Assembly: GCA_031280955.1 (NCBI GenBank)
Contig: JAITGA010000015.1
Location: 9,334 to 73,333 of the forward strand
Length of the DNA stretch: 64,000 nt
Direction: 5' to 3'
Source: Lachnospiraceae bacterium
Lineage (GTDB): Bacteria > Bacillota > Clostridia > Lachnospirales > Lachnospiraceae
Shown here: positions 1 through 10,104 of the stretch, in pieces
How positions within the stretch are numbered: position 1 is the stretch's first letter
Layout: each line of letters starts with the position of its first letter
Notes under the pieces: model-generated
Database searches by the model: none
Seen by the model: the letters and a program-made list of their open reading frames with translations, nothing else
Told to the model about the DNA's origin: nothing
Position numbers and translations under genes: made by a program

Positions 1-53
1 AAACCACGCCCCTGATACCAGTCAGCGTTACTTACATAAGAAGCAGGAGCGAG

Positions 54-497
54 ATGAGAACCAATACTTTTATGGGCGAATTTAACCACACCGTTGATGT
101 CAAAGGCAGGCTGATTATACCTGTCAAATTTCGTGAGAGTTTGGGTGATGAATTCGTCATCTCCAAAGGACTTGACGGTTGCCTTTTTGTTCATGGCGAA
201 TCAGAATGGCAGATGTTTGTAGACAAGTTAATGGAATTGCCGTCATTAAAAGGTGATGCACGTCAGTTTAGGCGTTATTTTCTTGCGGGAGCGGAAACAG
301 TCACCATTGATAAGCAAGGGCGGATTTTGATTCCTGAGGCACTTCGTCATTTTGCCGGAATTGACAAGGAAGTAGTGGTGATTGGAGTAGGGACACGGCT
401 TGAAGTATGGAGCACAAGCAGCTGGGAGAGTGTCACTGAAAACATTGATGCCGAAGGTATTGCCGAACAGATGGCACTGTTGGGAATGGGACTTTGA
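54..497 (+). CDS. mraZ: Transcriptional regulator MraZ
   Basis: 147-aa ORF with two SpoVT/AbrB-like repeats (DVKGRLIIPVKFRE and DKQGRILIPEALR). It is the first gene of a dcw-type cluster. The true start may be the internal Met at 72 (MGEFNHT). Confidence 0.9.
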   Translation: MRTNTFMGEFNHTVDVKGRLIIPVKFRESLGDEFVISKGLDGCLFVHGESEWQMFVDKLMELPSLKGDARQFRRYFLAGAETVTIDKQGRILIPEALRHFAGIDKEVVVIGVGTRLEVWSTSSWESVTENIDAEGIAEQMALLGMGL

Positions 498-500
498 TAA

Positions 501-1445
501 ATGAGTTTTGTGCATATGCCGGTAATGCTCAATGAAGCAATAGTCGGACTTTCGATTAAGCCACAGGGCATATATATAGATGGGACAGTAGGCGGCGGCG
601 GTCATGCGCTTTTGATAGCAGAAAAGTTAGGAGAAAAAGGATTACTTATCGGTATAGACCGTGATCAGGAAGCGGTGGCAGTAGCCAAAGAGCGACTTAT
701 GCCATCCGAAGCCCAAACCCATGTATTACACGGTAATTACCGGGAAATGAAGCTTTTGCTCGCCGAAAACAGTATTAAAAGCTGTGATGGAATTTTACTG
801 GACCTCGGTGTTTCCTCACATCAGCTTGACCAAGCAAACCGTGGTTTTTCATATATTAGTGATGCCTCGCTCGATATGCGGATGGATCAACAACAAAAAA
901 AGAATGCCTGCGATATAGTCAATAACTATGGTGAAGCTGATTTACACCGTATTATCCGTGAATACGGAGAAGAGAGATTTGCCAAGCGGATAGCAAGGTT
1001 TATCGTAAGTGAGAGGAGTGCTGCGGCGATTACGACTACGGGTCGGCTGAGTGATATCGTAGCTAGTGCCATTCCCGCAAAGTTCCGTGCCGACGGCGGG
1101 CATCCCGCCAAACGTACCTTTCAGGCACTTAGGATAGAATGTAATGATGAGTTAAGGATTTTGGAGGAAACACTGGATGAGATGATTGACATCCTAAATC
1201 CCGGCGGACGTTTGGTTATCATCACTTTTCACTCGCTTGAAGACCGGATAGTAAAAGTGGCGTTTCGCAGGAATGAATATCCATGTATTTGCCCAGCTGA
1301 TTTTCCTGTATGCGGATGCGGCAAAACAAGCCGCGGTAAGGTCATCACTCGCAAACCGCTTACCCCGTCTCAAGCAGAGATGGAAAGCAACAAGCGAGCA
1401 AAAAGTGCAAAGCTAAGGGTTTTTGAACGCCATAATAATATCTAG
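501..1445 (+). CDS. rsmH: 16S rRNA (cytosine1402-N4)-methyltransferase RsmH/MraW
   Basis: HMPVMLNE start, SAM-binding GTVGGGGHA, DLGVSSHQLD motif, and conserved position after mraZ. Confidence 0.92.
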   Translation: MSFVHMPVMLNEAIVGLSIKPQGIYIDGTVGGGGHALLIAEKLGEKGLLIGIDRDQEAVAVAKERLMPSEAQTHVLHGNYREMKLLLAENSIKSCDGILLDLGVSSHQLDQANRGFSYISDASLDMRMDQQQKKNACDIVNNYGEADLHRIIREYGEERFAKRIARFIVSERSAAAITTTGRLSDIVASAIPAKFRADGGHPAKRTFQALRIECNDELRILEETLDEMIDILNPGGRLVIITFHSLEDRIVKVAFRRNEYPCICPADFPVCGCGKTSRGKVITRKPLTPSQAEMESNKRAKSAKLRVFERHNNI

Positions 1446-1458
1446 AAAAGGAGTTCGC

Positions 1459-1923
1459 ATGAACAGTCAAGGAAGACGAAATCCTTACCATGATGAAGTC
1501 ATCAGGGGTAATACGGTACGAAAACTGGAGCCGGCACCGCTCCCTATCAGAGAACGCCCAAACCCGAATGTTGATGCCTTAAGGCGCAAAAATCGGCGGC
1601 GTTCCCGGAGCATGAATTTTATCAATGTGTTGTTTCTGGTCAGTGCCCTAGTCGTGTCGAGTTTTGTCTTGACAATGTATATCGGCTTACAATCTGATAT
1701 TACCAATACCGTCAGAAATGTTGCCCGACTGGAGCGTGAACTCAACAACCTCCGCCTCATCAATGAGGAAAACCTAAGCAGAATTGTAAATGATGTGGAT
1801 TTGGAATATATCCGCCGCGTTGCCATTCAAGAGCTGGGGATGATATATGCAGTTGAAGGGCAAATCATCATGTTTGATGACAGTCACCGCGATTATGTAA
1901 GGCAAATCAACACGCTTCATTAA
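1459..1923 (+). CDS. ftsL: Cell division protein FtsL-like (single TM plus coiled coil)
   Basis: ATG at 1459 is preceded by AAAGGAG. Basic N-terminus, one hydrophobic helix (INVLFLVSALVVSSFVLTMYI), then a coiled-coil segment. Canonical position between rsmH and the class B PBP. Confidence 0.6.
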   Translation: MNSQGRRNPYHDEVIRGNTVRKLEPAPLPIRERPNPNVDALRRKNRRRSRSMNFINVLFLVSALVVSSFVLTMYIGLQSDITNTVRNVARLERELNNLRLINEENLSRIVNDVDLEYIRRVAIQELGMIYAVEGQIIMFDDSHRDYVRQINTLH

Positions 1924-1946
1924 AACGAGACATACCTCAGAGGGAG

Positions 1947-4178
1947 ATGACCACCACCTCTAAAAATGGGAGTTCTGACACTTTGAAAAAAGCCAATAGA
2001 CAAAAGCGAAGAAAAGACAAATATCAATTAAACATGAAACTGTCAATTTTGGTAGGCGTGGTTTTTGTGGCTTTTTTGGTACTGGCGATTCAACTTTACC
2101 TAATCACCCGTGACAGCGGCGACCAGTATCGCAGACAGGTACTTGCTCAGCAAAGGTATGACAGTACGATTATTCCGTATCGGCGCGGGGCAATTCTTGA
2201 TTCCCGGGGAACGACTCTGGCTGTCAGTGAAAAAGTCTACAATGTAATTCTTGATACCCGTGCCTTGCTTGACCGCAGGGACAATCTCGAACCTACCCTG
2301 GCGGCTCTTGATGCTCATTTCAACCTCGACATCGAGATGATAAGGACTTTCATCAGTAACAACCCCTCATCACAATACCATGTGCTTTTGCGACGACTCA
2401 CCTATGATGAAATTGCCGGATTTCGTGCTTTGCAAACCGACAGGGAAAATAATCCCAACATTCGTGGGATTTGGTTTGAAGAGGAATATCGCCGTTATTA
2501 CCCGAACGGTTCACTTGCCAGTCATATCATCGGCTTTACCACCAGCGATAATCAAGGTCTTTATGGGCTTGAACGTTCTTATAATGAAGTGCTTAGTGGT
2601 ACGTCGGGACGTGAGTATGGCTTTCTCAATAATGAATCGGAACTGGAACGGACGACGATCGCCGCTATTGACGGTAATAGTATCGTCACTACGATTGACT
2701 CTAATATCCAAGCGATTGCTGAGAAGTATCTGCGCAACTTCGATGAGGAATACCGTGACAATCACCGCGAGGGCAGTGGTGCACAAAATATAGGCGTGAT
2801 TATCATGGAGGTGAACACCGGTAATGTTCTGGCGATGGCAAACTATCCTCATTTTGACCTCAATGATATCAGAAACACGGATGCACTGATCGGAATGCAA
2901 ATGCTTGATGCTGACGGGACGAGAACATTGCCATCGACTGCCATCAATGCCGAGAACTTATTGACGATGCAAACAGACCAAATCAATATGAACCTCAATG
3001 CCTTATGGCGTAATTTTGCTATTAGTGATACTTTCGAGCCGGGTTCGGTCATCAAGCCCTTTACCGTAGCCGCAGGTATCGAAAGCGGCAGTATTACCGG
3101 TAATGAGCATTATCGCTGTGAGGGAAAACTGGATGTCGGCGATTTCACCATTCATTGCAACAATATTTACGGACACGGCGATGTGTCAGTAGGGCGGGGA
3201 GTGGAAATTTCCTGCAACGTGGCAATGATGCGGGTAGCGATGAACATCGGCAGGAATACCTATGTCGATTTTCAGCATATTTTCAACTTCGGTCTCCGTA
3301 CCAATATTGACCTCGAGGGGGAAGCGAGAACGGCGGCACTAGTATATAATCGCAGCAATATGCGGATTACGGAGCTGGCGACTTGTTCGTTCGGGCAGGG
3401 TTTTAACACCACGATGATTCAGGTAATTACCGCTTTTTGTTCGTTGATAAACGGCGGTAATTATTATGAACCCCGTTTGGTGAGGCAAATAGTCAGTCCG
3501 ACAGGGGCAACGGTGGCGAATATAGAACCCCGTCTGTTAAAGCAAACGATATCGCCGCTGACCTCTGATATAGTAAGGGCATACTGTGTCAGTGCTGTTG
3601 TCGGTGAAGAGGGAACGGGTCACAGCGCCCGCCCCTATGGATATATCATCGGCGGCAAGACAGGCACGGCAGAAATGATACCCCGTGACAAGACCAACTA
3701 TGTCCTTTCATTTATCGGCTTCGCTCCTGCTGATGATCCGCAGATAGCGATTTATGTTGTCGTTGACCGCCCCAATGTGAGACAACAGCATAGTGCCAGA
3801 TACGCTACGCAAATTGTGAAGAATATTTTGACTGAGGTACTGCCATATCTCAATATATATATGACTGAGGAACTGACAGAAGCACAGATGGCGGCTTTGG
3901 CGGAGTTGCAAAGAGAGATACTGTCACCGATTTTGAAACTAAATGATGATGAAGAGCCTGACGACGAAAATGGAGATATTGATGATACTCCCGCTCTGCC
4001 GCCGCACATTGAGGTCTGGCGTGACTTTCCCATTGATGCGGCGACAGGTTATGCCATCGACCCCAATACCGGGGAATATGTTGACCCTGTCACGGGAGCA
4101 ACGATCGGCGGTAGCTTCCAAAGTGTCGGCTTCGATGTTTTGCCACCGGTAGGCGGGATTGACGATGAACCGCCTTGA
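1947..4178 (+). CDS. Class B penicillin-binding protein (FtsI/PBP2B/SpoVD-type transpeptidase)
   Basis: N-terminal TM anchor and transpeptidase motifs SxxK (GSVIKPF), SxN (ISCN) and KTG (GKTGTA). Acidic, Pro-rich C-terminal tail. Confidence 0.9.
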   Translation: MTTTSKNGSSDTLKKANRQKRRKDKYQLNMKLSILVGVVFVAFLVLAIQLYLITRDSGDQYRRQVLAQQRYDSTIIPYRRGAILDSRGTTLAVSEKVYNVILDTRALLDRRDNLEPTLAALDAHFNLDIEMIRTFISNNPSSQYHVLLRRLTYDEIAGFRALQTDRENNPNIRGIWFEEEYRRYYPNGSLASHIIGFTTSDNQGLYGLERSYNEVLSGTSGREYGFLNNESELERTTIAAIDGNSIVTTIDSNIQAIAEKYLRNFDEEYRDNHREGSGAQNIGVIIMEVNTGNVLAMANYPHFDLNDIRNTDALIGMQMLDADGTRTLPSTAINAENLLTMQTDQINMNLNALWRNFAISDTFEPGSVIKPFTVAAGIESGSITGNEHYRCEGKLDVGDFTIHCNNIYGHGDVSVGRGVEISCNVAMMRVAMNIGRNTYVDFQHIFNFGLRTNIDLEGEARTAALVYNRSNMRITELATCSFGQGFNTTMIQVITAFCSLINGGNYYEPRLVRQIVSPTGATVANIEPRLLKQTISPLTSDIVRAYCVSAVVGEEGTGHSARPYGYIIGGKTGTAEMIPRDKTNYVLSFIGFAPADDPQIAIYVVVDRPNVRQQHSARYATQIVKNILTEVLPYLNIYMTEELTEAQMAALAELQREILSPILKLNDDEEPDDENGDIDDTPALPPHIEVWRDFPIDAATGYAIDPNTGEYVDPVTGATIGGSFQSVGFDVLPPVGGIDDEPP

Positions 4179-4213
4179 TACTTACAAAAATTAGATTACG
4201 ATAGGAGTTTTTG

Positions 4214-5194
4214 ATGCTCGAAACATTCATAAAACATGATATTGTCATACCCCTTTTTATCGCTTTTGCGATCGTGGCTATCAGCGGTGTGCCGATTATC
4301 CGTCTTTTGCAGCGGCTAAAAGCTCGGCAGACGGTACGTGAGGACGGTCCTGACAGTCACAAGGTGAAGACGGGAACACCGACAATGGGGGGGATTTTGA
4401 TACTCGCCGGGATAGTCGGGGCAGCTGTTTTCTTTATAAACGACTATCCACGGGTGATACCGATTATATTGACGATGTTGGGTTTTGGTATCATCGGGTT
4501 TTTGGATGATTATATCAAGGTCTCGAAGAAGCGTTCACTAGGACTGAGGGCATGGCACAAGATTACCGCTCAACTGTTGGTTACGGCGGTTTTTGCATTT
4601 TATTTAACCTATATACTTGAAGTATCGTTGGCAATGCGGCTGCCATTTACCGATGGTAAGGTTTTGGATTTCGGGGTTATGAATATTCCCATTTTGTTCT
4701 TGGTGACGATAGCCGTAATCAATGCCGCCAACCTAACAGACGGACTGGATGGGTTGCTCGGGAGCGTGACCTTGATGGTGGCAGTATTCTTCGTTGTTGC
4801 CGCACTTTTGCTGGAGGCGGGAATCGCACCGCTTGCCGCGGCTACGGTAGGAGCTCTTCTAGGATATTTGCTCTACAATTCATACCCGGCAAGGGTGATG
4901 ATGGGTGACACAGGTTCATTTGCTCTAGGTGGTTTCATCGTCGCCAGTGCTTATTTGACCCAGTTACAACTGTTCATCCCCATCATTGGGCTAGTCTATG
5001 TCCTCGAGGCTTTGTCAGTCGTCATTCAGGTAGGATACTTCAAAATGAGTGGCGGCAAAAGAGTTTTTAAGATGGCTCCGCTTCATCATCACTTTGAGCT
5101 TTGCGGATGGAAAGAAACCAAGATAGTAGCCGTGTTTTTGATTGCTACGGCACTTCTTTGTATTTTGGGTTTGACAGGACTGAGTAAATGGTAA
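4214..5194 (+). CDS. mraY: Phospho-N-acetylmuramoyl-pentapeptide transferase MraY
   Basis: Polytopic membrane protein with NLTDGLDGL, MGDTGS and APLHHHFE motifs. The track ORF starts at TTG 4211; ATG at 4214 is more likely. Confidence 0.94.
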   Translation: MLETFIKHDIVIPLFIAFAIVAISGVPIIRLLQRLKARQTVREDGPDSHKVKTGTPTMGGILILAGIVGAAVFFINDYPRVIPIILTMLGFGIIGFLDDYIKVSKKRSLGLRAWHKITAQLLVTAVFAFYLTYILEVSLAMRLPFTDGKVLDFGVMNIPILFLVTIAVINAANLTDGLDGLLGSVTLMVAVFFVVAALLLEAGIAPLAAATVGALLGYLLYNSYPARVMMGDTGSFALGGFIVASAYLTQLQLFIPIIGLVYVLEALSVVIQVGYFKMSGGKRVFKMAPLHHHFELCGWKETKIVAVFLIATALLCILGLTGLSKW

Positions 5195-5215
5195 AAAACT
5201 AAAGCAAGGAGAAAC

Positions 5216-6385
5216 ATGAGCAACCAGACTAAGCGAAAAGAAGTGAATATGTTTGACTTTAGCTTGTTGTTTATCGTCCTCTTTCTGCTTTGCTTTGGTT
5301 TGGTAATGATTTATTCAGTCAGCTCTTATGAAGCTTCGATGCGCTTCGGTGATGCGGCGTATTTCCTCAAAAGTCAGCTGCTGGCAACAGGGCTTGGACT
5401 GGTGCTAATGATTGTCATTGCCAATATAAAGTATCCGTTTTGGGAGAAATTTGCAACGTTGGCATTTGTTATTTCTCATGTTTTGGTGTTGCTGGTGCTT
5501 TCACCACTAGGGATTGAGCGTAATAATGCCAGACGTTGGCTTGACATCTTCGGCACATCCTTACAACCGGCAGAAGTCGCCAAGCTCGGTATTATTCTTT
5601 TCATGGCGAGTTTTATATGCAAAATCGGCACCAAAAATATTGGAACATTAAAAGGTTTTTTGACTGTACTGATTATGCCGCTACCGCTTTGTTTTATTGT
5701 CTGGCAAATTACTACTAACCTGAGTTCGGCAATAATCATCTTCGGTATCGTTTTGCTGATGCTCTTCGTTGCCAGTCCGAAATACAAGCATTTCATCGTT
5801 GCCGGGGTGGTGGGCATGGTAGTGGTCATGATAATTGTTTTCGTGATTATCAATGTGGCAGCTTCGGATAACTTAGGTTTTCGCAGTGAGCGGGTGTTGG
5901 CTTGGCTAGACCCGGAAGCCTATGCTCAGGGACGGGGCTTCCAAACCCTGCAAGCTCTTTATGCGATTGGTTCAGGCGGCTTCTTCGGAAAAGGCTTGGG
6001 ACAAAGTATGCAAAAGTTGGGATTTTTGCCCGAGGCACAAAATGACATGATTTTCTCGATTATTAGTGAAGAGTTGGGTTTGTTCGGGGCTATTGCCATT
6101 ATTTTGATGTTTATGTTGTTGGTATGGCGTTTCATGTATGTGGCAAGGGAGGCAGACCTCTTTGGGACATTGTTGGTAGTAGGGGTCATGGGTCATATCG
6201 TCATTCAGGTTATTATCAATATCGGCGTGGTAACTAATCTGATACCCAATACGGGGATAACCTTGCCTTTCATCAGTTATGGCGGTTCATCGGTCACGTT
6301 CCTTTTGATTGAGATTGGGCTGGTACTTAGTGTGGCGAAGTTTGGTAAGCAAATAGCAGTAGAAAAGGAGCAAAATGCGGTCTGA
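5216..6385 (+). CDS. ftsW: SEDS-family peptidoglycan glycosyltransferase FtsW/SpoVE
   Basis: Protein with about 10 TM helices, conserved PEAQNDMIFSIISEELGLFG and ITLPFISYGGSS motifs, in dcw context. Confidence 0.88.
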   Translation: MSNQTKRKEVNMFDFSLLFIVLFLLCFGLVMIYSVSSYEASMRFGDAAYFLKSQLLATGLGLVLMIVIANIKYPFWEKFATLAFVISHVLVLLVLSPLGIERNNARRWLDIFGTSLQPAEVAKLGIILFMASFICKIGTKNIGTLKGFLTVLIMPLPLCFIVWQITTNLSSAIIIFGIVLLMLFVASPKYKHFIVAGVVGMVVVMIIVFVIINVAASDNLGFRSERVLAWLDPEAYAQGRGFQTLQALYAIGSGGFFGKGLGQSMQKLGFLPEAQNDMIFSIISEELGLFGAIAIILMFMLLVWRFMYVAREADLFGTLLVVGVMGHIVIQVIINIGVVTNLIPNTGITLPFISYGGSSVTFLLIEIGLVLSVAKFGKQIAVEKEQNAV

Positions 6386-7166
6386 ACATGCGGCATGGGA
6401 TGCCGAGAGCGGGAATGAAAGGGATACAATAAGAAACTTTTTCCGGCAACGAAAGAGTCTGTTTGTGATTGCTCTTTCAATTATGATGTTTGGGTTCATC
6501 GCCTGGTCGGGATACCGTTATCTAATCGATAACTTTACCGTTACCAAAATCCATGTCCACGGCAATGTCCAATACGGCAACGATGAAATCATCGAAATGG
6601 TGATGCGGGGTCGATACGGCAACAACTCCCTTTTCCTTTCTTGGTGGTACAAGGATCGGAGCATAGATGACGTTCCTTTTATTGAAAAAATGGATGTCAC
6701 TATCTTGGAACGTGACACAATCAGAATCAATGTTTACGAAAAAGCGGTCGCCGGTTATGTGGAGTTCCTCGGTCACTACCTTTATTTTGACAAAGATGGG
6801 ATAATCGTGGAGACGGCTACTGAGCGGCGGGCGGAGATTCCCGAGGTGATTGGGCTGAGGTTTGATTATGCGGTCAAACACGCCCGGCTTCCGATAAGGG
6901 ACAACTCGATTTTTCAAACCATCCTTACGATAAGGCATTTGTCCGAGCAGTTCAACATTCCTGCCGACAGAATCTTCTTTGGTGACAGCAATGAAGTGAC
7001 CTTGCTGTTCGATGATATTCGTGTTGCCTTGGGTAATGAGGGGCGGATTGATGACAAAATCATGGCTTTGGAAAACATTCTCCCCAGTCTTATTGGCAGG
7101 AGGGGAATTTTGCGAATGGAGCATTATGATGAGTTTGCCTCGGAGGTAATTTTTGAATCTAGCTGA
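6375..7166 (+). CDS. ftsQ: Cell division protein FtsQ/DivIB (POTRA domain)
   Basis: Single TM helix followed by a POTRA-like segment (FTVTKIHVHGNVQYGNDEI). Lies between ftsW and ftsZ. Confidence 0.65.
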   Translation: MRSEHAAWDAESGNERDTIRNFFRQRKSLFVIALSIMMFGFIAWSGYRYLIDNFTVTKIHVHGNVQYGNDEIIEMVMRGRYGNNSLFLSWWYKDRSIDDVPFIEKMDVTILERDTIRINVYEKAVAGYVEFLGHYLYFDKDGIIVETATERRAEIPEVIGLRFDYAVKHARLPIRDNSIFQTILTIRHLSEQFNIPADRIFFGDSNEVTLLFDDIRVALGNEGRIDDKIMALENILPSLIGRRGILRMEHYDEFASEVIFESS

Positions 7167-7466
7167 ATAAAGTGAAAATTTTACTTTTTTCGTTAATTTT
7201 ATCAATTTAGATATTGCTATCTTTGCAAAATAATTATATGATGTATTAGTATTGCATGAACAGATAGAAAAGAGCAATATAAAGGTATCGAAAATACCTG
7301 ACAAACGATACTGTGACGGATAACGTTGCAGATGTTTGGATTAAGTAATTTTTGCAAAAAAAGTGGGTAAAATGTGATGAAATCCCCATTTAACCGACTG
7401 ATATGCAGAGAATAATAGAACAGGGTATTGCTGCAAAAAGATATCCATGACAGGGAGGGAAGTCTT

Positions 7467-8669
7467 TTGTTAGAGATAAGGTCAAATGATGTAGATGCCG
7501 CCGCCAAGATAATAGTCATTGGCATCGGTGGTGCAGGGAACAATGCCGTCAATAGAATGATAGATGAAAATATCAGCGGGGTGGAGTTTTTCGGGGTCAA
7601 CTCGGACAAACAGGCATTGCAGTTATGTAAGGCGGCACGGCTTTTGCAAATAGGGGAAAAGCTGACCAAGGGTCTCGGCTGTGGCGGACAACCTGAGGTA
7701 GGGCAACGAGCCGCCGAGGAGAGTCTGGAGGAAGTGACCCAGGCGATAAAAGGTGCAGACATGGTCTTCATCACCTGTGGAATGGGCGGAGGTACAGGTA
7801 CCGGCGCCGCTCCCGTGGTTGCCAAAATCGCCAAAGACATGGGTATCCTCACCGTCGGGGTTGTAACTAAGCCTTTCCGCTTTGAAGCCCGGACACGGAT
7901 GGTCAATGCCTTGACCGGAATTGACAAAATCAAGGATCATGTCGATACCCTGATTGTCATACCCAACGACAAGCTCCTCGAAATCGTAGACCGCCGCACG
8001 ACGATGCCTGATGCCCTAAAAAAAGCCGATGAAGTGTTGCAACAGTCGGTACAGGGAATCACCGACCTTATCAATGTCCCCGGTCTAATCAACCTTGACT
8101 TTGCCGATGTCCAGACAGTAATGAAAGACAAGGGCATCGCCCATATCGGCATCGGGGTCAGCAAGGGTGATGACAAAGCCAGCGAAGCGGTCAAAACCGC
8201 TGTTGAAAGTCCTCTACTGGAAACCACCATCACCGGCGCATCCAATGTCCTCATCAATATATCCGGTGATATTACTTTGTCAGAGGTATATGATGCCGCT
8301 GATTATGTGAAAGAACTGGCAGGAGACGATGTAAATGTCATCTTTGGTGCGACCTATAATGATGATATGACTGATACTTGTATGATTACCGTAATCGCCA
8401 CGGGGCTGGAAGACAAGGATGCCCCGCTGAGTAGAACGGTAGGTACGGGAGCATTTAAGCCCAGCGGTCCGGCGCGTTCGATTGTACCCGGTAACACCCA
8501 GCTACCCAAGAGTGTTGTTCCCGGTTTGACAGGACAACCACGTCCGGTAGGTACCCCTCGTCCCGTTGCTAGTATTAACCGCCCCGGCGATATCAAGAGC
8601 AATGTCGAGGAACGGACGATTAAAATACCTGAATTTTTGCAAAAGAATAACAAAGATGGAAGTAGTTAA
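7467..8669 (+). CDS. ftsZ: Cell division GTPase FtsZ
   Basis: [14 protein letters not shown], tubulin signature [11 protein letters not shown], and C-terminal IKIPEFLQ peptide. The likely start is TTG 7467, about 7 nt after GGGAGGGA; the track ORF opens at TTG 7428. Confidence 0.95.
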   Translation: MLEIRSNDVDAAAKIIVIGIGGAGNNAVNRMIDENISGVEFFGVNSDKQALQLCKAARLLQIGEKLTKGLGCGGQPEVGQRAAEESLEEVTQAIKGADMVFITCGMGGGTGTGAAPVVAKIAKDMGILTVGVVTKPFRFEARTRMVNALTGIDKIKDHVDTLIVIPNDKLLEIVDRRTTMPDALKKADEVLQQSVQGITDLINVPGLINLDFADVQTVMKDKGIAHIGIGVSKGDDKASEAVKTAVESPLLETTITGASNVLINISGDITLSEVYDAADYVKELAGDDVNVIFGATYNDDMTDTCMITVIATGLEDKDAPLSRTVGTGAFKPSGPARSIVPGNTQLPKSVVPGLTGQPRPVGTPRPVASINRPGDIKSNVEERTIKIPEFLQKNNKDGSS

Positions 8670-8759
8670 TGGAAGTTGTCCTGTGTTGACTTACATTAAC
8701 TCGTAGAATCTGTAAGTTCTTGATAGTCTTTTTGTGCCATTAACCTTTTCAAAGGATAA

Positions 8760-9236
8760 ATGCTTATGAACAAGGTAATGTATGTCATAATGGTGTTTCT
8801 GGCAGCAATGATGGTGATGCTGATTTTCATGCGTGCCAATAAACCGCCTGTCGAGCAGATAAACCATGAGGTAGTGGAAACGCTGAAGCGGACAGAGCGG
8901 GAAGTGATGTTCAATATCAATCCCGGTCCGATTGAAGAAGAGTATGATTACACTATCGTCATTCCTGAGGAGGAAGTGTTTGATTTAGGACCCGATATCA
9001 TCCCCCTTGACCTTATCATGTATGCGACCTCAGCTGTCAATGTCCGTGCCGGTGCCGGTACGGATTACGACCGGATAGGCAGTTTGGCGGCAGCACAGGA
9101 GGTAAAGGTAGTAGGACGAAATAGTGAAGTCAATTGGTATATGATAGAGTTTCGTGATGACTATGGTTTCGTCAGCGGTAGTTTTTTGAGTGAAGATGAC
9201 GGCAGAAGCCCCGACATTACCGATACGCCTGAATAA
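8760..9236 (+). CDS. Membrane-anchored SH3b-domain protein
   Basis: N-terminal hydrophobic helix and a C-terminal bacterial SH3-like segment (VNVRAGAGTDYDRIGSLAAAQEVKVVG...WYMIEF..YGFVSGSFL). Confidence 0.55.
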   Translation: MLMNKVMYVIMVFLAAMMVMLIFMRANKPPVEQINHEVVETLKRTEREVMFNINPGPIEEEYDYTIVIPEEEVFDLGPDIIPLDLIMYATSAVNVRAGAGTDYDRIGSLAAAQEVKVVGRNSEVNWYMIEFRDDYGFVSGSFLSEDDGRSPDITDTPE

Positions 9237-9264
9237 TCAAGTTCTTGTATGAAAATGGAGAAAA

Positions 9265-10104
9265 ATGCCTGAACTACCCGAAGTGGAAACTGTCCGCAGG
9301 ATGCTTGCCGCCAATATCAGCGGTTCACGTATTTTGCGGGTAGATGTTTTTTATGACAAAATCATCAGTACGGGGCAGGAGGCATTTGTCAATGCGGTAT
9401 CGGGACAAACTATCCATGCCATCAACCGGGTAGGGAAGTATTTGGTCTTTGTCCTTGATGATGTCGCTTTCATTTCCCACCTACGCATGGAGGGCAAATA
9501 TAACCTCATCGCCGCCGAGGTTGATGTGCCACTTACAAAGCATGAACATCTGGTTTTTCATTTGGCAGATGGACGTGAGCTTCGTTATCATGACACCCGC
9601 AAGTTTGGGCGGATGATGCTGACAGGGAAAGATGATTACCGTGATAGGAAGCCGCTTTCCACCCTCGCTCCAGAGCCAAGCGAAGCTACAGCGGAATATC
9701 TTTGGCTACGGGTGAGTAACAGTCGCCGTCCGTTAAAGTCGCTACTGTTGGATCAGACAGTACTGGCGGGTATCGGCAATATTTATGCCAATGAAATATG
9801 CTTGCGGGCTCGGGTTGATCCCCGCCAGATAGGAAATATGCTCACGGAGGAGATATGCGCTCGACTACTAACGGCGGCAACGACGGTATTGGCAGAAGCA
9901 GTCGCTGCCGGGGGGACGACGATTTCCAGTTTCAACAGCGGGGGAATAGATGGGCTTTTTCAAGCTCAGTTGTTGATATATGGGCAAAAGACATGTCAGG
10001 TATGTGGTGGTGAGGTGACAAGACTCACTATTGGTGGCAGAGGTACATATTTTTGCCATCATTGCCAAGCGGGGGAGGAAGAAGATGAGCAAAAATGTCA
10101 GTAA
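9265..10104 (+). CDS. mutM: Formamidopyrimidine-DNA glycosylase (Fpg/MutM)
   Basis: N-terminal MPELPEVETVRR, H2TH region, and C-terminal zinc finger CQVCGG...FCHHCQ. Confidence 0.9.
   Translation: MPELPEVETVRRMLAANISGSRILRVDVFYDKIISTGQEAFVNAVSGQTIHAINRVGKYLVFVLDDVAFISHLRMEGKYNLIAAEVDVPLTKHEHLVFHLADGRELRYHDTRKFGRMMLTGKDDYRDRKPLSTLAPEPSEATAEYLWLRVSNSRRPLKSLLLDQTVLAGIGNIYANEICLRARVDPRQIGNMLTEEICARLLTAATTVLAEAVAAGGTTISSFNSGGIDGLFQAQLLIYGQKTCQVCGGEVTRLTIGGRGTYFCHHCQAGEEEDEQKCQ

Noticed and set aside
6522-7933. Minus-strand ORFs of 260 aa and 238 aa opposite ftsQ and ftsZ
   Set aside because: They are antisense to genes with clear family motifs, with low-complexity Pro/Ser-rich translations. They were treated as shadow ORFs.
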